A model generated the notes under the pieces. It had not been told where the DNA came from. It saw only the letters and a list, made by a program, of their open reading frames with translations, and did not search any database. Of a DNA stretch of 32,436 nucleotides, positions 8,231 to 21,300 are shown piece by piece; position 1 is the stretch's first letter, and the number at the start of each line of letters is the position of its first letter. The position numbers and the translations under genes were made by a program. The stretch comes from Gonapodya sp. JEL0774 (lineage: Eukaryota). The stretch lies in the NCBI GenBank assembly GCA_027604505.1, contig JADIIX010000194.1, positions 1 to 32,436 on the forward strand, read 5' to 3'.

Positions 8231-11200
8231 ATGGCGGCGGAGGTTATGCCCTATGAGTGAATCTCATTTCCTCTTGAGTCTTATCGACTCTGGTCCAATC
8301 AGTACTTTCCCCGACTTAGTTCCGAACTCGTTCATCCCATGAGTGGGATAGAGGACAAGATGGGGAAAACCGTAATGCCAGAGTATGACCTTCTTACCCG
8401 TGAGTTTTGCTCATTTCGTGCTCGTACCACTCCCTTCAAATCTCGTCGCTTACCCACAATTTAGCATGCTCTCCAATCGAGAATTGTAATTACCCCATCA
8501 CCTCTGAGCTTGAGGTTAAGGAGGAGCTCAAAGAAGATATCAAGGAGGAAGTCAAGGAAGAAGTCAAGAAGCTGTTCTCTCCAGAAGCGCACTTCGAGTT
8601 TAATATCAGAGCTCCAGTTGGAAGCCAGTGCACGGAGGAAGCGATGCGTACTTTTAGCACCGTGCGCGAAAATGAGTACCGAGGTGATGCCAGGGGATTA
8701 GCTCGTGGGATGACAGAGGAGTGGCCTTGCGAGTGCAAATACAACCCAGGTGTGTTATTTACACAACTCCCAAGGGCTATCCAATTGGTTTGTGTCCTCG
8801 CTTTAACCAAGCATTTGTATATGGCTTGCCGAACTATGTTTCAGCAACGGACGAGGCATCCGCGGCATGCGGCGAAAACTCAGGGTGCATCAATAGGGAG
8901 CTGTACGTCGAGTGTACCGATTGCCCGACCGGTGCAGCTTGCCAAAACCGGAGACTGCAACACCAGCAATATGCTAGGGTGGAGATTTTTAATGCTGGAC
9001 CCAAAGGCTTCGGTCTGAGAACCTTGGATGACCTACCCAGGTAAGAACGAACCCCATCGCCACAAGAGCAAATGGGTCGACATAAACGATCTTCTATTAT
9101 CAGTGGAACATTTGTCCGAGAATATGTTGGAGAAGTGATTAGTTCGTCCACTTTCAGTCGGAGAACTCGCCAGTACGATCAGGAAAAGCAAAAGCATTTC
9201 TATTTTATGAGCCTTACCCCGCACGAGGTATGTACGCAGTCTTGCTATCTTTTGAGACTTCTTTTTTCGACAACTTGAATACCCAATAAGGTGATAGATG
9301 CCACCAAAAGAGGGAGCGTGGCCCGTTTCATCAACCACAGTTGTTCCCCAAATGCGACTACACATAAATGGATCGTCAACGGTCGATTTCGGATAGGAAT
9401 ATTCACCACCAAATTTGTTGCTAGTGGAGAGGAGTTGACTTTCGACTACCAATTTCAGCGTTACGGACACGAGGCCCAAAAGTGCTACTGTGGATCGCAA
9501 AACTGTCGTGGCTACATCGGAGGGGAGCGCACTGGGCCCGCACCAGATTACGAGGGTTTGGATTCGGGAGAAGAAGGTTCGGCATCGGTTCTCAGTGTGC
9601 TCGTGCCAAAATTTTAATTCATATGATCCCGATGAAGATGATGACGAGGACATGATCAAAAAGACCAAGAAGCCTCGAGAGCCGGTGAGTGGGGCCTTTT
9701 TCACTTTCTTTGGTGAAAGATTTGACTAACTTTCAAGGGTTCTCATTTTTCAGAAACTCGTCAAGGGCATTGAGGATCACGCTGATGTCGTGAAGGTGAT
9801 TCGCGTCCTCACACGGAATTCGGAAAAGCCTGCACGCATTCGTGGTCTTTTATCCCGTTTAGAGGTGTGTTTAAAAACATGTATTTTTGCACTTTCGTAT
9901 TCAGCTACACAAAGTTGTACCCTTCAAATCATCCTAGGCGACGACATCCGTTCCTGTGTGGAGAGATGTACTGAAGTTTAGGGCGATGACCCAACTAAAA
10001 TTGTTGCTTGTGGACTACGGACGTTCTCATCCTGCGCTAACTTGTCAGGTAAGCGTTAATCAACAAGATAGTCCAACAGGTTCTGACACAGAGATTTGGC
10101 ACTTGCTAAGGTTCTACGCATACTGAAGCTTGTCCCCATTATAACGAGGAACACGAACTCTCTTGTTGACAGCAAAATCGATGAAGTCGTAGAACTTCTG
10201 TCGAAGGAACACGGAGACTTGGAAATTCGCGAATTGGCAAAACAGGTGTTTGACAAATGGAGCGAGCTTGAAATACGTTACAAAATTCCAAAACGGAAAT
10301 TAAGCCAGATGGTGAGAAAATTACCCTGCCCGTGTGCCCGAGTATTCATGCGGTTTTGAAATAGGCATTTGGTCTGAAGGAACTATCCATGCCTTCTCCG
10401 GACGCCTCCCTGTCGCCAGGTTCTACGGAATCTCCGAAGAAGCAGAAGAAGACAGAAAAGCGATCGGAATCACCGCCGCTTCGCCGCAGGATGGATAGCT
10501 ACCGACCGGATAGGAACCAGTCCCGAGACGCGCCCCATCAATTGGATACACATTCGTCGCCACCTGAACCCCCGTTGGAGAGTGAAGAACAAATTGAAAC
10601 TTTCAGCAATGCATCGATGAGTCCACGTAGCCCAAACCCCACTGGCGATTCCAGCCATCCTCTGGTGGACGAAGGAATCCGCCTACCAAACCCAGTTGCC
10701 TATCAACCGATGCCTACACATGATGTTCCACTCGAATCCGTGCTTCCTACGGGGAACCTGTCTTTGCCCGGACAAGCGTCGACGCACCAAGTATTATCGA
10801 GCAATGTTATATCATTTGGAAGCGGACTCACATCGGAAGACTTCTTCCGCATACTGGAAGCTGTAAATAAGGATGGGGGTAAAACTCGGCGCCAGGCCTC
10901 GGAAGGGGTCAAAGATCGGCAGCACCGCAAACATAGAGGTGATCGACCGGCTTCCCATCAGAGAAATTCGAGAGATGACGATCATCACAGACACCCGGAG
11001 AGGTCACGCTCACCTCGAGATGCCTTGAGTACTCGGGAAACTCACAGCCCCCAAGTTGAGCGGGGCCACTTATCATCCGAAAATACGCTATCACCGTGGT
11101 CTGACGAGCAAAAAAAAGAAATGAGAGACAAGGTAACAAACAGAAGCAATTGACCGTTGGAAGGTGTTCTCATCTCATGAATCTATATAGATGGGACCCC

Positions 11201-11616
11201 TGGTCGCCAAAGTGTTGAGCCAATGGAAGAAAGAAATGGCCAAAGAGCAATTTAAGCACTTAGCACGCAAGGTATTTTGGATTGCAGGAGGGTCAGAAAT
11301 CCGAACTGACGTATGGTGTTTTCAGATCACACACACTTTGGTTGACAAGGAATCGAAAGAACGGAACCCAAACTCCGCCATTACCCCTGAAGTCGAAAGC
11401 AAAGCAAATAAATATATTAAGGTGAGTTTGTTGTCTCTGATGGCAATGTTCCAGAACATTGTAAAATGCGGTTTTGACCTCGCCAGACGTACATGGAGAG
11501 ACTCAAAGCTGATGCTACATATCCTGGTAATTATTTTCGATTTATTTTGACGCTGTCGCAGTTTTATAGTGTTATTTCTGCGTCCAGCCAATTTGCCACA
11601 TCACAGCGGGTCTTGA
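8231..11616 (+). CDS. SET2: Histone H3K36 methyltransferase Set2 (AWS-SET-postSET, helical/TFIIS-N-like region, C-terminal SRI), multi-exon
   Basis: AWS CECKYNP..ACGENSGCINRELYVEC..CQNRRLQ; SET GPKGFGLR, FVREYVGEVI, HFYFMSL, IDATKRGSVARFINHSCSPN, GEELTFDYQFQRYG; postSET CYCGSQNCRGYIG; SRI VAKVLSQWK..FKHLARKITHTLVDKE. The first exons (MAAE...) and the last exon (stop at 11616) are inferred from splice phase. Confidence 0.92.
8512..8571 (+). repeat. Imperfect 12-nt coding tandem repeat (EVKE-ELKE-DIKE-EVKE-EVKK) in the SET2 N-terminus
   Basis: gaggttaaggag gagctcaaagaa gatatcaaggag gaagtcaaggaa gaagtcaagaag. Confidence 0.7.
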
Positions 11617-12570
11617 AGAAATTGGATGAGGTGACTGGAGTCCCTTAAATGTATTAAATCTCAGTTATGGGAATCCTCTGCGACATTTTATGCACAACTT
11701 CAGGAGAAAATATATTCAAATAAATCACGATTTTGCATGTCAGGATTATATTGCAATCGAATATGCATGGTATGACGTCTAATCATTTCAATCTGTAATG
11801 CGCAACAATCCCGTTAATTTTCAGAGACCCATTCATCTAAGCACTATTGGTGGCGTTGGAATCTCCAGCGAACTTTCCCGCTAGACTTTTGGGCTTGGCG
11901 CTGTGATTGCAATGAGCAACGGTCACACACAAAATTTTTAACCACCGCACTTTGAGGTCTCAACTCACTTTTGAAGAATTGCTCTCTTTTTGTTCAACAA
12001 CTTTGCTGTCGTGGGAGACATCATCCCATCTGACGGGCTGACAATACTGTTTGGGGATAGGAGTTGCGTCAGCATCAGCACGACCATCAGACCATATTCC
12101 TGATTGAGACGAAACGAAGGAAAAACTATTGGTCAACGGAAAATCCCAGGAAAAGAGTTTTGCGTGTGGTGGTGCAAAGTAGTAGGCACAAAAGCCCACA
12201 TCATCACGTGAAGCATGGGCCCGGCAAGATAGCGGAGCTAGCTAGCTGCAAGATGCAGTTGATCGAGCGCGGAGTGTCTGGAGAACTTGGGACAGTTACT
12301 TCGGGGGATAGCGGAAGCTCACCCTCCACCGCGCCCACCGGCGCCAGTCAGCGTGACGACGTTTTTGTGGATTGGTGCCGGATTTTCCTTAACGGCAGCT
12401 TGAGATGAGTTCTGAGTGTCACTGAGCATGATTCCTTTGCGGGATCGTGGAAGTCACTGGGGAAATCTACAGACAACAGGAGCAGGTGAGGTGAGTTCTC
12501 TTTAACCTCGACCAAAGCAACAGTCACATGTTTCCTTTATTTGTGCAGCAGCCTTCCCCACCCAATCTCA

Positions 12571-15500
12571 ATGAACTGTCTTAGAGCGCCGAAAATAAGG
12601 AATTCATTGCTCTGGACCGCAGCTTTTCTAACTCCTCGGAATGAACCTCAGGCAATTAATAGCCTCACATTTTCACCAGATGGATCATTATTGGTTGTTG
12701 CCTGTGGGCACAACTTGCTACTGTACAACGTAGAGGACGGGGAACTCGTACAGACGCTGAGGAGCCACAAGGATGTCATATATTGTGTGGACTGGTCCGC
12801 GACAGGAGGTCGTTTTGCGTCAGGAGGTGCAGACAAGACAGTCATCATATGGAACCGCAGTGGAGAGGCCATTCTGAAGTACCAACACACAGACGCTATT
12901 CAAACGATAGCTCACAATCCCAACACGGGTCAAATAGTCTCAGCAACAGCCTCCGATTTTGCTCTTTGGTCCGAGCAGCAAAAATCCGTTGCGAAGTACA
13001 AAGTGAGAAGCTTCTTAAAGTCACATCATAATATTTGACACATGCTCAAAGCGCCACATTTGCTGTAGATAGATGCCCGTGTTTTATGCTCCTCTTGGAG
13101 TGTGGATGGAGAAAGGTTGGCATTTGGACTGGATAACGGCCAAGTTTCTGTGCGAAACTCCACAGGGGAAGAAATTTTTCGTATAGACCGTGGAAACTCC
13201 GCTGTATGGACAGTGTGTTGGGTACCACCATCTTCACAGACGGATGAGGTCCTCGCCGTTGGCGACTGGAATCAGAAGCTTGCCTTTTTTACAAGCGATG
13301 GAAAGCAGATTGGAAGAGACCGTGGCCTAGGATGCGAGCCTAATATTCTCACGGTCGCTAATACCGGTGAATATATTTTGGTGGGAGGATCAGATCGTAA
13401 GCTCTCGCTTTGGACCACAGAGGGCGTCCGCGTGGATGAGATATGTAGCTTTGATGGGGCTGTTCGGGCGTGCAGAATTTCTTCGAATCGAAATGAATTG
13501 GCAGTCGGTTGCGACGACGGGACGGTTGCGATTTACCGCTTGACTTTTGAGGACGTCATCGATGTCTTTAAAGACCGTTTTGCGTACCGAGACAGTTTTA
13601 CAGATGTCATCATTCAAAATCTCGTGACTGACCAAAGGGCGCGAATTAAGTGTCGTGATTACGTCAGAAATGTTTCTTTGTTCTCGGGTCGACTTGCTGT
13701 GCAACTCTCTGAACGAATAATCATATATGAGGTCCTCGCGAATGACAACAGCGACATGCACTATCGCATTCGCGAGAAGATTCCAATGAAGATTGACTGC
13801 GATCACTTCCTTGTAACATCCGAGAATCTGATCATCTGTCAAAAAGCGGTAGTACAATTGTACGACTTTTCAGGGACAAGAAAGAGAGACTGGCACCTGG
13901 AAGAAGATGTGAGCTGTGTCATGGTTGTGGGTGGCCCAGTAGGTCGGGAGGGCTTACTAGTGGGCCTAGCGAATGGTCAGGTCCTCGAGCTATTTCTCTG
14001 GAGCTCGTTTCCTCTTCCATTGGTGCGAACTATGTCGACAGTGTGGAAAATGGAACTCAACTGCGTCCGACAGAAAATTGCAGTCATAGATGCCGAGCAA
14101 GTCCTGCAGGTTTTTGACCTGCGAACAAAGGAACTGCAGTTCCAGGAACCTCGAGTTCAAAGTGTCACTTGGAATGCAGAATGTGAAAATATTATCTGCT
14201 ACTCTAGTGGAGAGTTTCTTCGCGTGAAAGCCGGCAATCTGGAGTCCCATCCGCGAAAAATGCAGGGTGTTGTAGTGGCATTCCTTGGATCAAAAGCATT
14301 CTGTTTGAAGGGTCTCACATTGTATCCCGTCACCGTGTCTGTCACTACGATGCTGGAAGCAATCGTGGAAACTCAAGACTTTGACGCAGCGTACCTCATC
14401 GCTTGTGCTGGTGCGACTGAACTTGACTGGCGTCGCTTAGCGTTATCGGCTATTGAAGGGTTGGAGTTTGTAGTTGCTCGAAAGGCTTTCTCCAGACTGA
14501 AGGATGTCAAATTTATACGACTATTAAACGCCCTTAGTCGTTGGAAAACAGACTCAGCGATGACAAAGGATGGCTTGCTCGCGGAAATATTTTGCTATGA
14601 GGAACGGTATTCTGAGGTGAGCAACTCACGCTCACACTACTTTCACTCCACCATGGAACTCATCTACGCTTCCGCGATTCTTGTGTCGTAGGCGGTGGAT
14701 CTTTTCAGAAAAGCTGGCTTGGTGCAGAAAGCGATTGATCTTTTCGCTGACTTGAATTTGTGGGAGAAAGCTGTTCAAATTGCCGAGGAAAATTCAACCG
14801 ACAGAGGAGCAATATTGAAGCGCAAGGCACAAAGCCAGGCGAACAAAAATGACCTACTAGCGGCCGCTCTTACATACAGCGAAGTTGGCGAGTACGTCAC
14901 GGCAATTGATTTACTTGGGGCGAACGGCTGGTTGGATCAGCTGATGGAAGTTGCTCGAAAAATTCCGAATTCAGACACCAAAGCGTTGAGTCGGTGCATT
15001 TTGTACTTCCGAAAGAATAGTCGTGCTGACTGCATCATTGAAACCCTGTTGAAAATGGGTGATGTTGAGCACCTGGTCACCGTATATGCAGAGTTGAACC
15101 GTTTCGAAGAAGCCTTCCGTCTAACTGAGCTTTATCCAGAGTTGGCTCCAAAAGTGAATCTTCCTTACGCCCATTGGTTGGCATTGAATGATCGCTTCGT
15201 GGAAGCTGAAGAAAATTTCAGAAAAGCCGGGCGCTTGGATGATGCCCTCAAAGTGCTACAACAGCTAGCCAAAAATTCGGTTAATGAAGAACGCTATTCA
15301 GATGCCAGTTATTACAATTGGCTGCTGGCCCAGCATTACTTGCATCAGATTCCAGCAGAAACGGAATTGTCCAATTTCGACGTGAACCAGCGGGCAGCAT
15401 ATCGTAATTTTCATAGATTCCTCGAACTGGCGAATTTATTTTACGTCTATCATCCCGTTTACCGATATGTGGAAGATCCATTCACTGATCGCTCTTCAGA

Positions 15501-16290
15501 ATCCTTGTTGAGCATGTGCCGTTATGCTCTCATTTATGCTTCCAGGCAGTCCTGGCCTCGCGGTACATCAAAGGCACATGTTTTCTGGGCTCTAGCTAAA
15601 CTTGGACGCGCATTGGGCGCGTTTCGCCTCTCCCGTTACGCACTGGAGAAGCTACAGAAGCTCAAGGTGCCCCCTGGATGGCGGGACCTGATTGAGACTA
15701 TGGCTCTTTTGTCGCGTGCAAATCCGGACGTTGACAATGAATCACTGTTTTTGTTGTGTTTTCAATGCTCCACTGCCAGTGAACTGATCAATTATGATGA
15801 ATTTCGCAATGGGGACCAATGCACCAACTGCCGGGAGGAATTCATACCGTCATTTTATTCGTTTGATCATTTACCATTAGTTGAATTCCGTTTAGAAGAC
15901 GGCATCGCAGAGGATGAGTTCCATTCACTGTTATCACTGGATCCTCTGCTTACTTCGTACACCGCAGGATCGGAAACAAGCGATGTGAAGCAGCAACTGG
16001 GATCCTTTATGAGCCTTCTTGGGTCCCCGGATCGCCAAGGAGTCAATGCCCGGACTCCCATTTCTGTGGGAAAGGATTGCCTGGCAACCATGGAAGCGGA
16101 TGACGTTTTCGTAGTGAAATGGGGAAAACGCTGCATGCCTAACCGCTATTTTAAATCCATTCTTCCATCTGACTTCCCGATCTCTTTTTGTGAGACGTGC
16201 AATCACTTTTGGGAAGCCACAGAGCTCGAGTTTCTCTTACTGAAGGATAGTCGTTGCCCGTTTTGCCGAACGAAGCGGAGTGTGTCCTGA
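12571..16290 (+). CDS. IFT122: Intraflagellar transport protein 122 (IFT-A core; WD40 + TPR + C-terminal Zn fingers), ~1190 aa; an additional 5' exon is possible
   Basis: Exons 12571-13002, 13069-14616 and 14692-16290. HKDVIYCVDWSATGGRFASGGADKTVIIW, DFALWSEQQKSVAKYK, TDVIIQNL..RARIKCRDYVR, DMHYRIREKI, PYAHWLALNDRFVEA, SFYSFDHLPLVEF and terminal CPFCR are all IFT122 hallmarks. Confidence 0.95.
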
Positions 16291-16540
16291 CCGATGACAA
16301 TGAGAACAATGATCACTCATACCTTGTTTGTACGGCATCTCATTGGAACGCGCATATTTGCCTGCGCATGTTTCTTTCGAATTTTGGATGGAGAATGACA
16401 AACCTAACGAACTGCTCACTACCCAAGAAGTCGCCGAGACCGTAAAATCAGGTTCAAATATGTAGCTTGTTAACTTTGAACTATATTCTGTCAAATGATC
16501 TCAATACAAATTTTAATGCAAGGCATCTTCAACAACATGG

Positions 16541-17938
16541 TCATCGAGGTCGCCATGAGACTCCTGCACCGGCTCCCACAAAAGAGCGCTTGAGAGCTTT
16601 GGGATCCGCCCATTGAGAATTGACATAGTCATCGTCTGCATTCTCCAACAGCTTCTTCAAACGGATGAACTTGTAAGCAGAAAGAGACGTCAACTTCAGT
16701 TGCAATATGCCCACAGACCTTGTGTTCCTCTTGCTTTTTGAAATAGTAAGCCATCATTTGCTTTTGAGCAGCCTCGTCAATAGGACTCTCCCGGACTGGA
16801 GGGCCTTGTCCACCCTGTTCACAAGTAATGTCGTTGTCAATCGAAGTTCATTGCGCACAACGGGAGATGTTTGGGTCATACTTTCTGAAGTTTAACAATT
16901 GCCGTCGTTTTCTCGTTTCTGCCCACGTAGTCCGACAACTTCTTGTCACGAGTAAGTTCCTTACCCGCCCACCACAGTGTGCATGTCTTCGGATCCAATA
17001 GTTCTTTTGAAATCTGTCGAAATTCGTGTAATGTCAGCACATTTACGAGGACAATTGAAGTGAATTTGTGATTTACTCACTGCCTTGGATGACAGGTCTT
17101 CCGTCCCATCCAAAATTTCCCGAGCCGGCTCGTACTCTGGAAGCCCCATGGGATATGCAATCATCAATGCACCGTTGATGTTGTTTAGAGCTTCGGTGAG
17201 CGCCTGGAGGGTTGTCGGCTGTTTAAGCTTCACAAGGTCCTGTGCATGGAACAGAAGATCAGACACAGTAGAGGTCAGCATCGTCCCATTATCTGTAATG
17301 ATTACGGTAACCCACAGCTGACATCCGCGCACGAGCTTCCGCGATGGTTCTCAATACAACCTCGGCTATTTCATCAGCGATCGCTGCGAATGGGAGTGGT
17401 TCAAATATGGTTGTTTTCAACGGCACCGTACGCAAAGGAGGGGCATCAGTACCTTCACCGCAACGTCTTCCGGTGGGGTCTGGGTTGAGTATGTACACGG
17501 CTCCATTCTTTCTTACTGTTGGCTTGGGAACACTTTGAGCCGATTTACCAGAGTCACCGTTTTTGTTTGTATCTTGGTTTGTGGAAGACAAATCTTTCAA
17601 TTGATCTTCGGACAAGCCTTGCTGATTCTCGGGCTTGAGAACTCCATGTTCGACGAGATCTTCGGTTGCTGATTTTCGTTTGAAAGGACGCCAGAGTGCC
17701 GCATTACAACAGCATTCACGTAATTGTGCAAAGGACTTTCAGTAACATATACTAGACGAAGCTAAGAACGAGTGTGCTCCGTTGGCGTTCATTACCGCGA
17801 ACCTTGAATGAGGCGATTGATTTTGAGCCTCAGATTGTGAATCGCCGTCAACTGTGGAGCAACCTCTGCGATTGGCGAGAGTGTTGTTGTTTCGAATAGA
17901 AACTGGGAGTCTTCCGCTCGCTTGACGTGAATGAGCAT
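16541..17938 (-). CDS. CFAP298: Cilia- and flagella-associated protein 298 (C21orf59/Kurly/FBB18; dynein-arm assembly factor), multi-exon
   Basis: MLIHVKRAEDSQFLFET..IHNLRLKINRL; EHGVLKPENQQGLSEDQ; DPTGRRCGE; GALMIAYPMGLPEYEP; LWWAGKEL..KKLSDYVGRNEKT; YYFKKQEE; C-terminus ADPKALKRSF...WRPR* (stop 16541-16543). Confidence 0.93.
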
Positions 17939-18338
17939 TGCAGGTTGTTGGCGCAACGCACTGCCGTTTCGAGCCCCTCCGTTTTGCGCAGGACCGCCCA
18001 AAACCCCCCTTCCAATCATGGAGCAGTGTTCACTTTTTGATTTCCACCAATTACTTGAGCTGTGGAAATAATAGAAATTCATAAATGTTCACGGTGGCGA
18101 GAATTCTCCGGAACCGCGAGTTGCCACAATTCCCTGCTCACGTACTTCTCATCTCGACCGCAAGCATGCTTTTAATTATTACTCAATGGACACAGAAGTT
18201 CGTGGTATGCCTTCTGCACCTTTCACGCTGCTGTGGCCTTGACATGGAGATCCCTCTCACTGGCTCTGCCAGACTGAACCGGACTGAATTCAGTACACAA
18301 CCACCACGGTCCACGAACCATTCGGTGGAAATAAGAAA
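17939..18338. promoter_or_regulatory. Divergent promoter region between CFAP298 and TOR
   Basis: 400-nt gap between head-to-head ATGs at 17938 (-) and 18339 (+). Confidence 0.5.
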
Positions 18339-21300
18339 ATGGCGGCATCAGCTCATTCAGAGGCCGCAATGCGAATTCTGAGCGAGCTCAAGTCCAGGTC
18401 GGTGGCGACCGCCAGATTCCATTTTGTACGAACAGCTAACCACTGAAAACTGCAGCCGCACAGAGGACGCTCGACTCCGTGCTGCAAGTGAGCTTAGGGA
18501 TCACGTTGTCGCAGTGTCACGAGAGTTATCGGGAGAGAACTTTACGAAGTTCATGAACGACGTGAACCGTCGTATCTTTGAGCTCGTTCACAGTCCTGAT
18601 AACGAAGAGAAAATTGGTGGCATAACTGCCATAGGTGGGAGCTTGTTTTCTGGGATCCTTGTGATGCTTTCTCAATTGTCACCCGCTGGAACTCACTTTC
18701 ATGACTACTCCCACTCCAACCGTTGTCCACTAATGCTGACTCAGATAAGCTCATTGATTTTGATGGAGAGGAAAATACTGTCAAAATCACCCGTTTCGCC
18801 AATTACCTGCGAATTGTACTTCCTGGGAGTGATCCGCAGACAATGGTACTTGCTTCAAAAGCCCTGGGGCGCCTCGCTCTGAGTGGGGGTACACTCACAC
18901 CAGACTTTGTGGAGTTTGAAGTCAAGCGCGCGTTGGAATGGCTGCAAGGTGAGTGTGATTATTCTGTTCGATTCCTTGCAACGGTTGACAATGAAGACTC
19001 TAATCCTAGGTGACCGTAATGAATCACGGAGATACGCCGCGGTTCTTGTACTTCGTGAACTGGCGCAGAATGCCCCCACCCTTGTCTTTGCTTATGTTCC
19101 TCAAATACTTGACTTGATTTGGGTCGCTCTGCGCGACCCTAAGGTCACCATCAGAGAGAGCGCTGCGGATGTCATTCGAGTTTGTCTTGAGCTCATGCAG
19201 CAACGTGAAAGCATGTTGCGCCAACGATGGTATAGAAAAATCCTCGATGAAACACAAAAAGGATTCAAGCCAAACAGTTCGGACGCCACTCTGCATGGCT
19301 CGCTGCTCGTTTATCGAGAGCTTCTCACCCATACAGCCAAGGTGAAGCACGCAGTGCATCTCTGTGCGTTTGCACATCAATCACAACGTCCAAGCCCTTT
19401 TCCTCTCGGCTCTAGTTCATGGACGCTCACTATCGAGAAGCCAGCGAAACAATCCTACGTTACCGCGAAAGCCGTGATACGCTGGTCCGCCGTACCGTGA
19501 TCTCCCTTGTCCCTGTCATCGCTGCATACGATGTTGGAGGCTTCGTTGACAGCTACCTAAACTCTTGCATGGCGTATCTGCTTAATCAACTCAAACGCGA
19601 TAAGGAGAGATCCGCTGGTGAGTCCACAATTTATTCAGAAATAAGCAAGAGTTTGCAAGTGGTGGTGTGCTTATGTTCGTTACCAGCATTTGTTGCAATT
19701 GGAAAAGTGGCAATCGCAGTCGGCGCAAGCATGGGCCCGTTCCTTGATGCGATTCTTCAAAATGTTAAGGACGGATTGTCGGCAAAAGGGTGAGGCTTCC
19801 CATCAACTTTCTCTGTGTGGAAGATAACCACGTTAAACTCATCAACGGCAATTCACACGCATTACAGCCGAAATCGCCTTCACGTGGCTGATGCTGCTCC
19901 GATTTTTCAATGCATTAGCATGCTTGCTACCGCAGTTGGTCAGGCATTGACAAAGCATATGCACGATCTTCTTGAACAGATGTTCGCCACAGGGCTAAGC
20001 GAACCACTGAGGCAAGCTCTTGTTGATCTGGCGTTATATATTCCGCCACTCCTACCGGCGATTCAAGGTGAGAATCTACTTGCAAGATGACTTTCTCGTT
20101 TCGTTTGTTTTTGGGGTCTTTTCATTGATGCGTTTTCAATACATTGGTAGAGCGTTTATTAAACGTGCTTTCAATATGCCTGAGTGGCCAGCCTTATCGT
20201 GCACCGGGTGCGCCACTGAAATATGGCACAATACCGGGAGTCCGGTCTCTGGACATAACCGTTGGTGAACCTCGTTACAAGTAGTTGTTCCTTGAACTGA
20301 CTCATTTGTGTGGAAGGCTGCTGAGAAAGATCCCGACGTCATTATCTTGGCGTTGGTGACGCTTGGCACCTTCGATTTTCGTGGTCACGCTCTAAATGAG
20401 TTCGTGCGGGACTGCGTAACTCATTACCTTGATGATGACCACGCCGACGTTCGCAAAGCGGCTTCGATCACATGTTGTCAACTTCTCGTTCGGTACTGAG
20501 CTCGCAAGTTCCAGCAATTTCATGCGCTTACTTGATTTATGTTACGCCCCAGCGACCCTGTGTGCTATCAAAGCAGCAATCACGCGATGCGAATTGTTGG
20601 AGAAATTCTCGAACGACTGCTCACCGCTGGGATTGCGGACCCGGATTCGAGTATTCGTTGCACTGTGCTCTCTTCCCTCGACGAACGCTTTGATCACCAC
20701 TTGGCCCAGGCTGGTTGGTACTGTTTGCTTGAGGCATTGTTGAAGATGAGTGTTCACTCACCTTTCCAAATTTAGAGAGTATCCATTCCTTGTTCATTGC
20801 TCTGAATGATGAAGTGTTCGCCATACGCGAGCTTGCTATCACCATTATTGGCCGTTTAACAATACACAATCCTGCTTATGTAATGCCTTCTCTCAGAAAG
20901 ACGCTCATCCAGCTTTTGAGTGAGCTTGAATATTCTGGAGTGAGGTGCGTGACTTTCTCCCCGCAGCCTACAATGTTTCTCCAACTGACCTTGATAATAA
21001 TTCAGCCGAAATAAGGAGGAGGCTGCGCGATTACTGAGCCAGCTCGTTTCAACATCGCAAAGGCTTATAAAGCCTTACGTGGAACCAATATTGAAAGTTC
21101 TTCTTCCAAAGACGAAAGATTCGAGCCCAGGTGTAGCGTCGCAGATATTGGCTGCCCTTGGAGAGCTCGCTCAAGTCGGAGGGGAGGACTTGCGACCTTA
21201 TCTTGATGAGCTTCTTCCCATTATCATCGAGACATTGCAAGATCAAAGCAGCGCTTCCAAGCGGGAAGTGGGTGAGTTTGAGAAAATACCTGGCTCGACT

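Noticed and set aside
11905..11922. RFX X-box-like motif upstream of IFT122 (attgcaatgagcaac), and a similar gttgttggcgcaac beside the CFAP298 start
   Set aside because: Only half-site matches to the X-box consensus, which are expected by chance.
12064..12485. 114-aa ORF / separate small gene upstream of IFT122
   Set aside because: No recognisable domain. More likely 5' UTR or an extra 5' exon of IFT122, and the phases could not be resolved.
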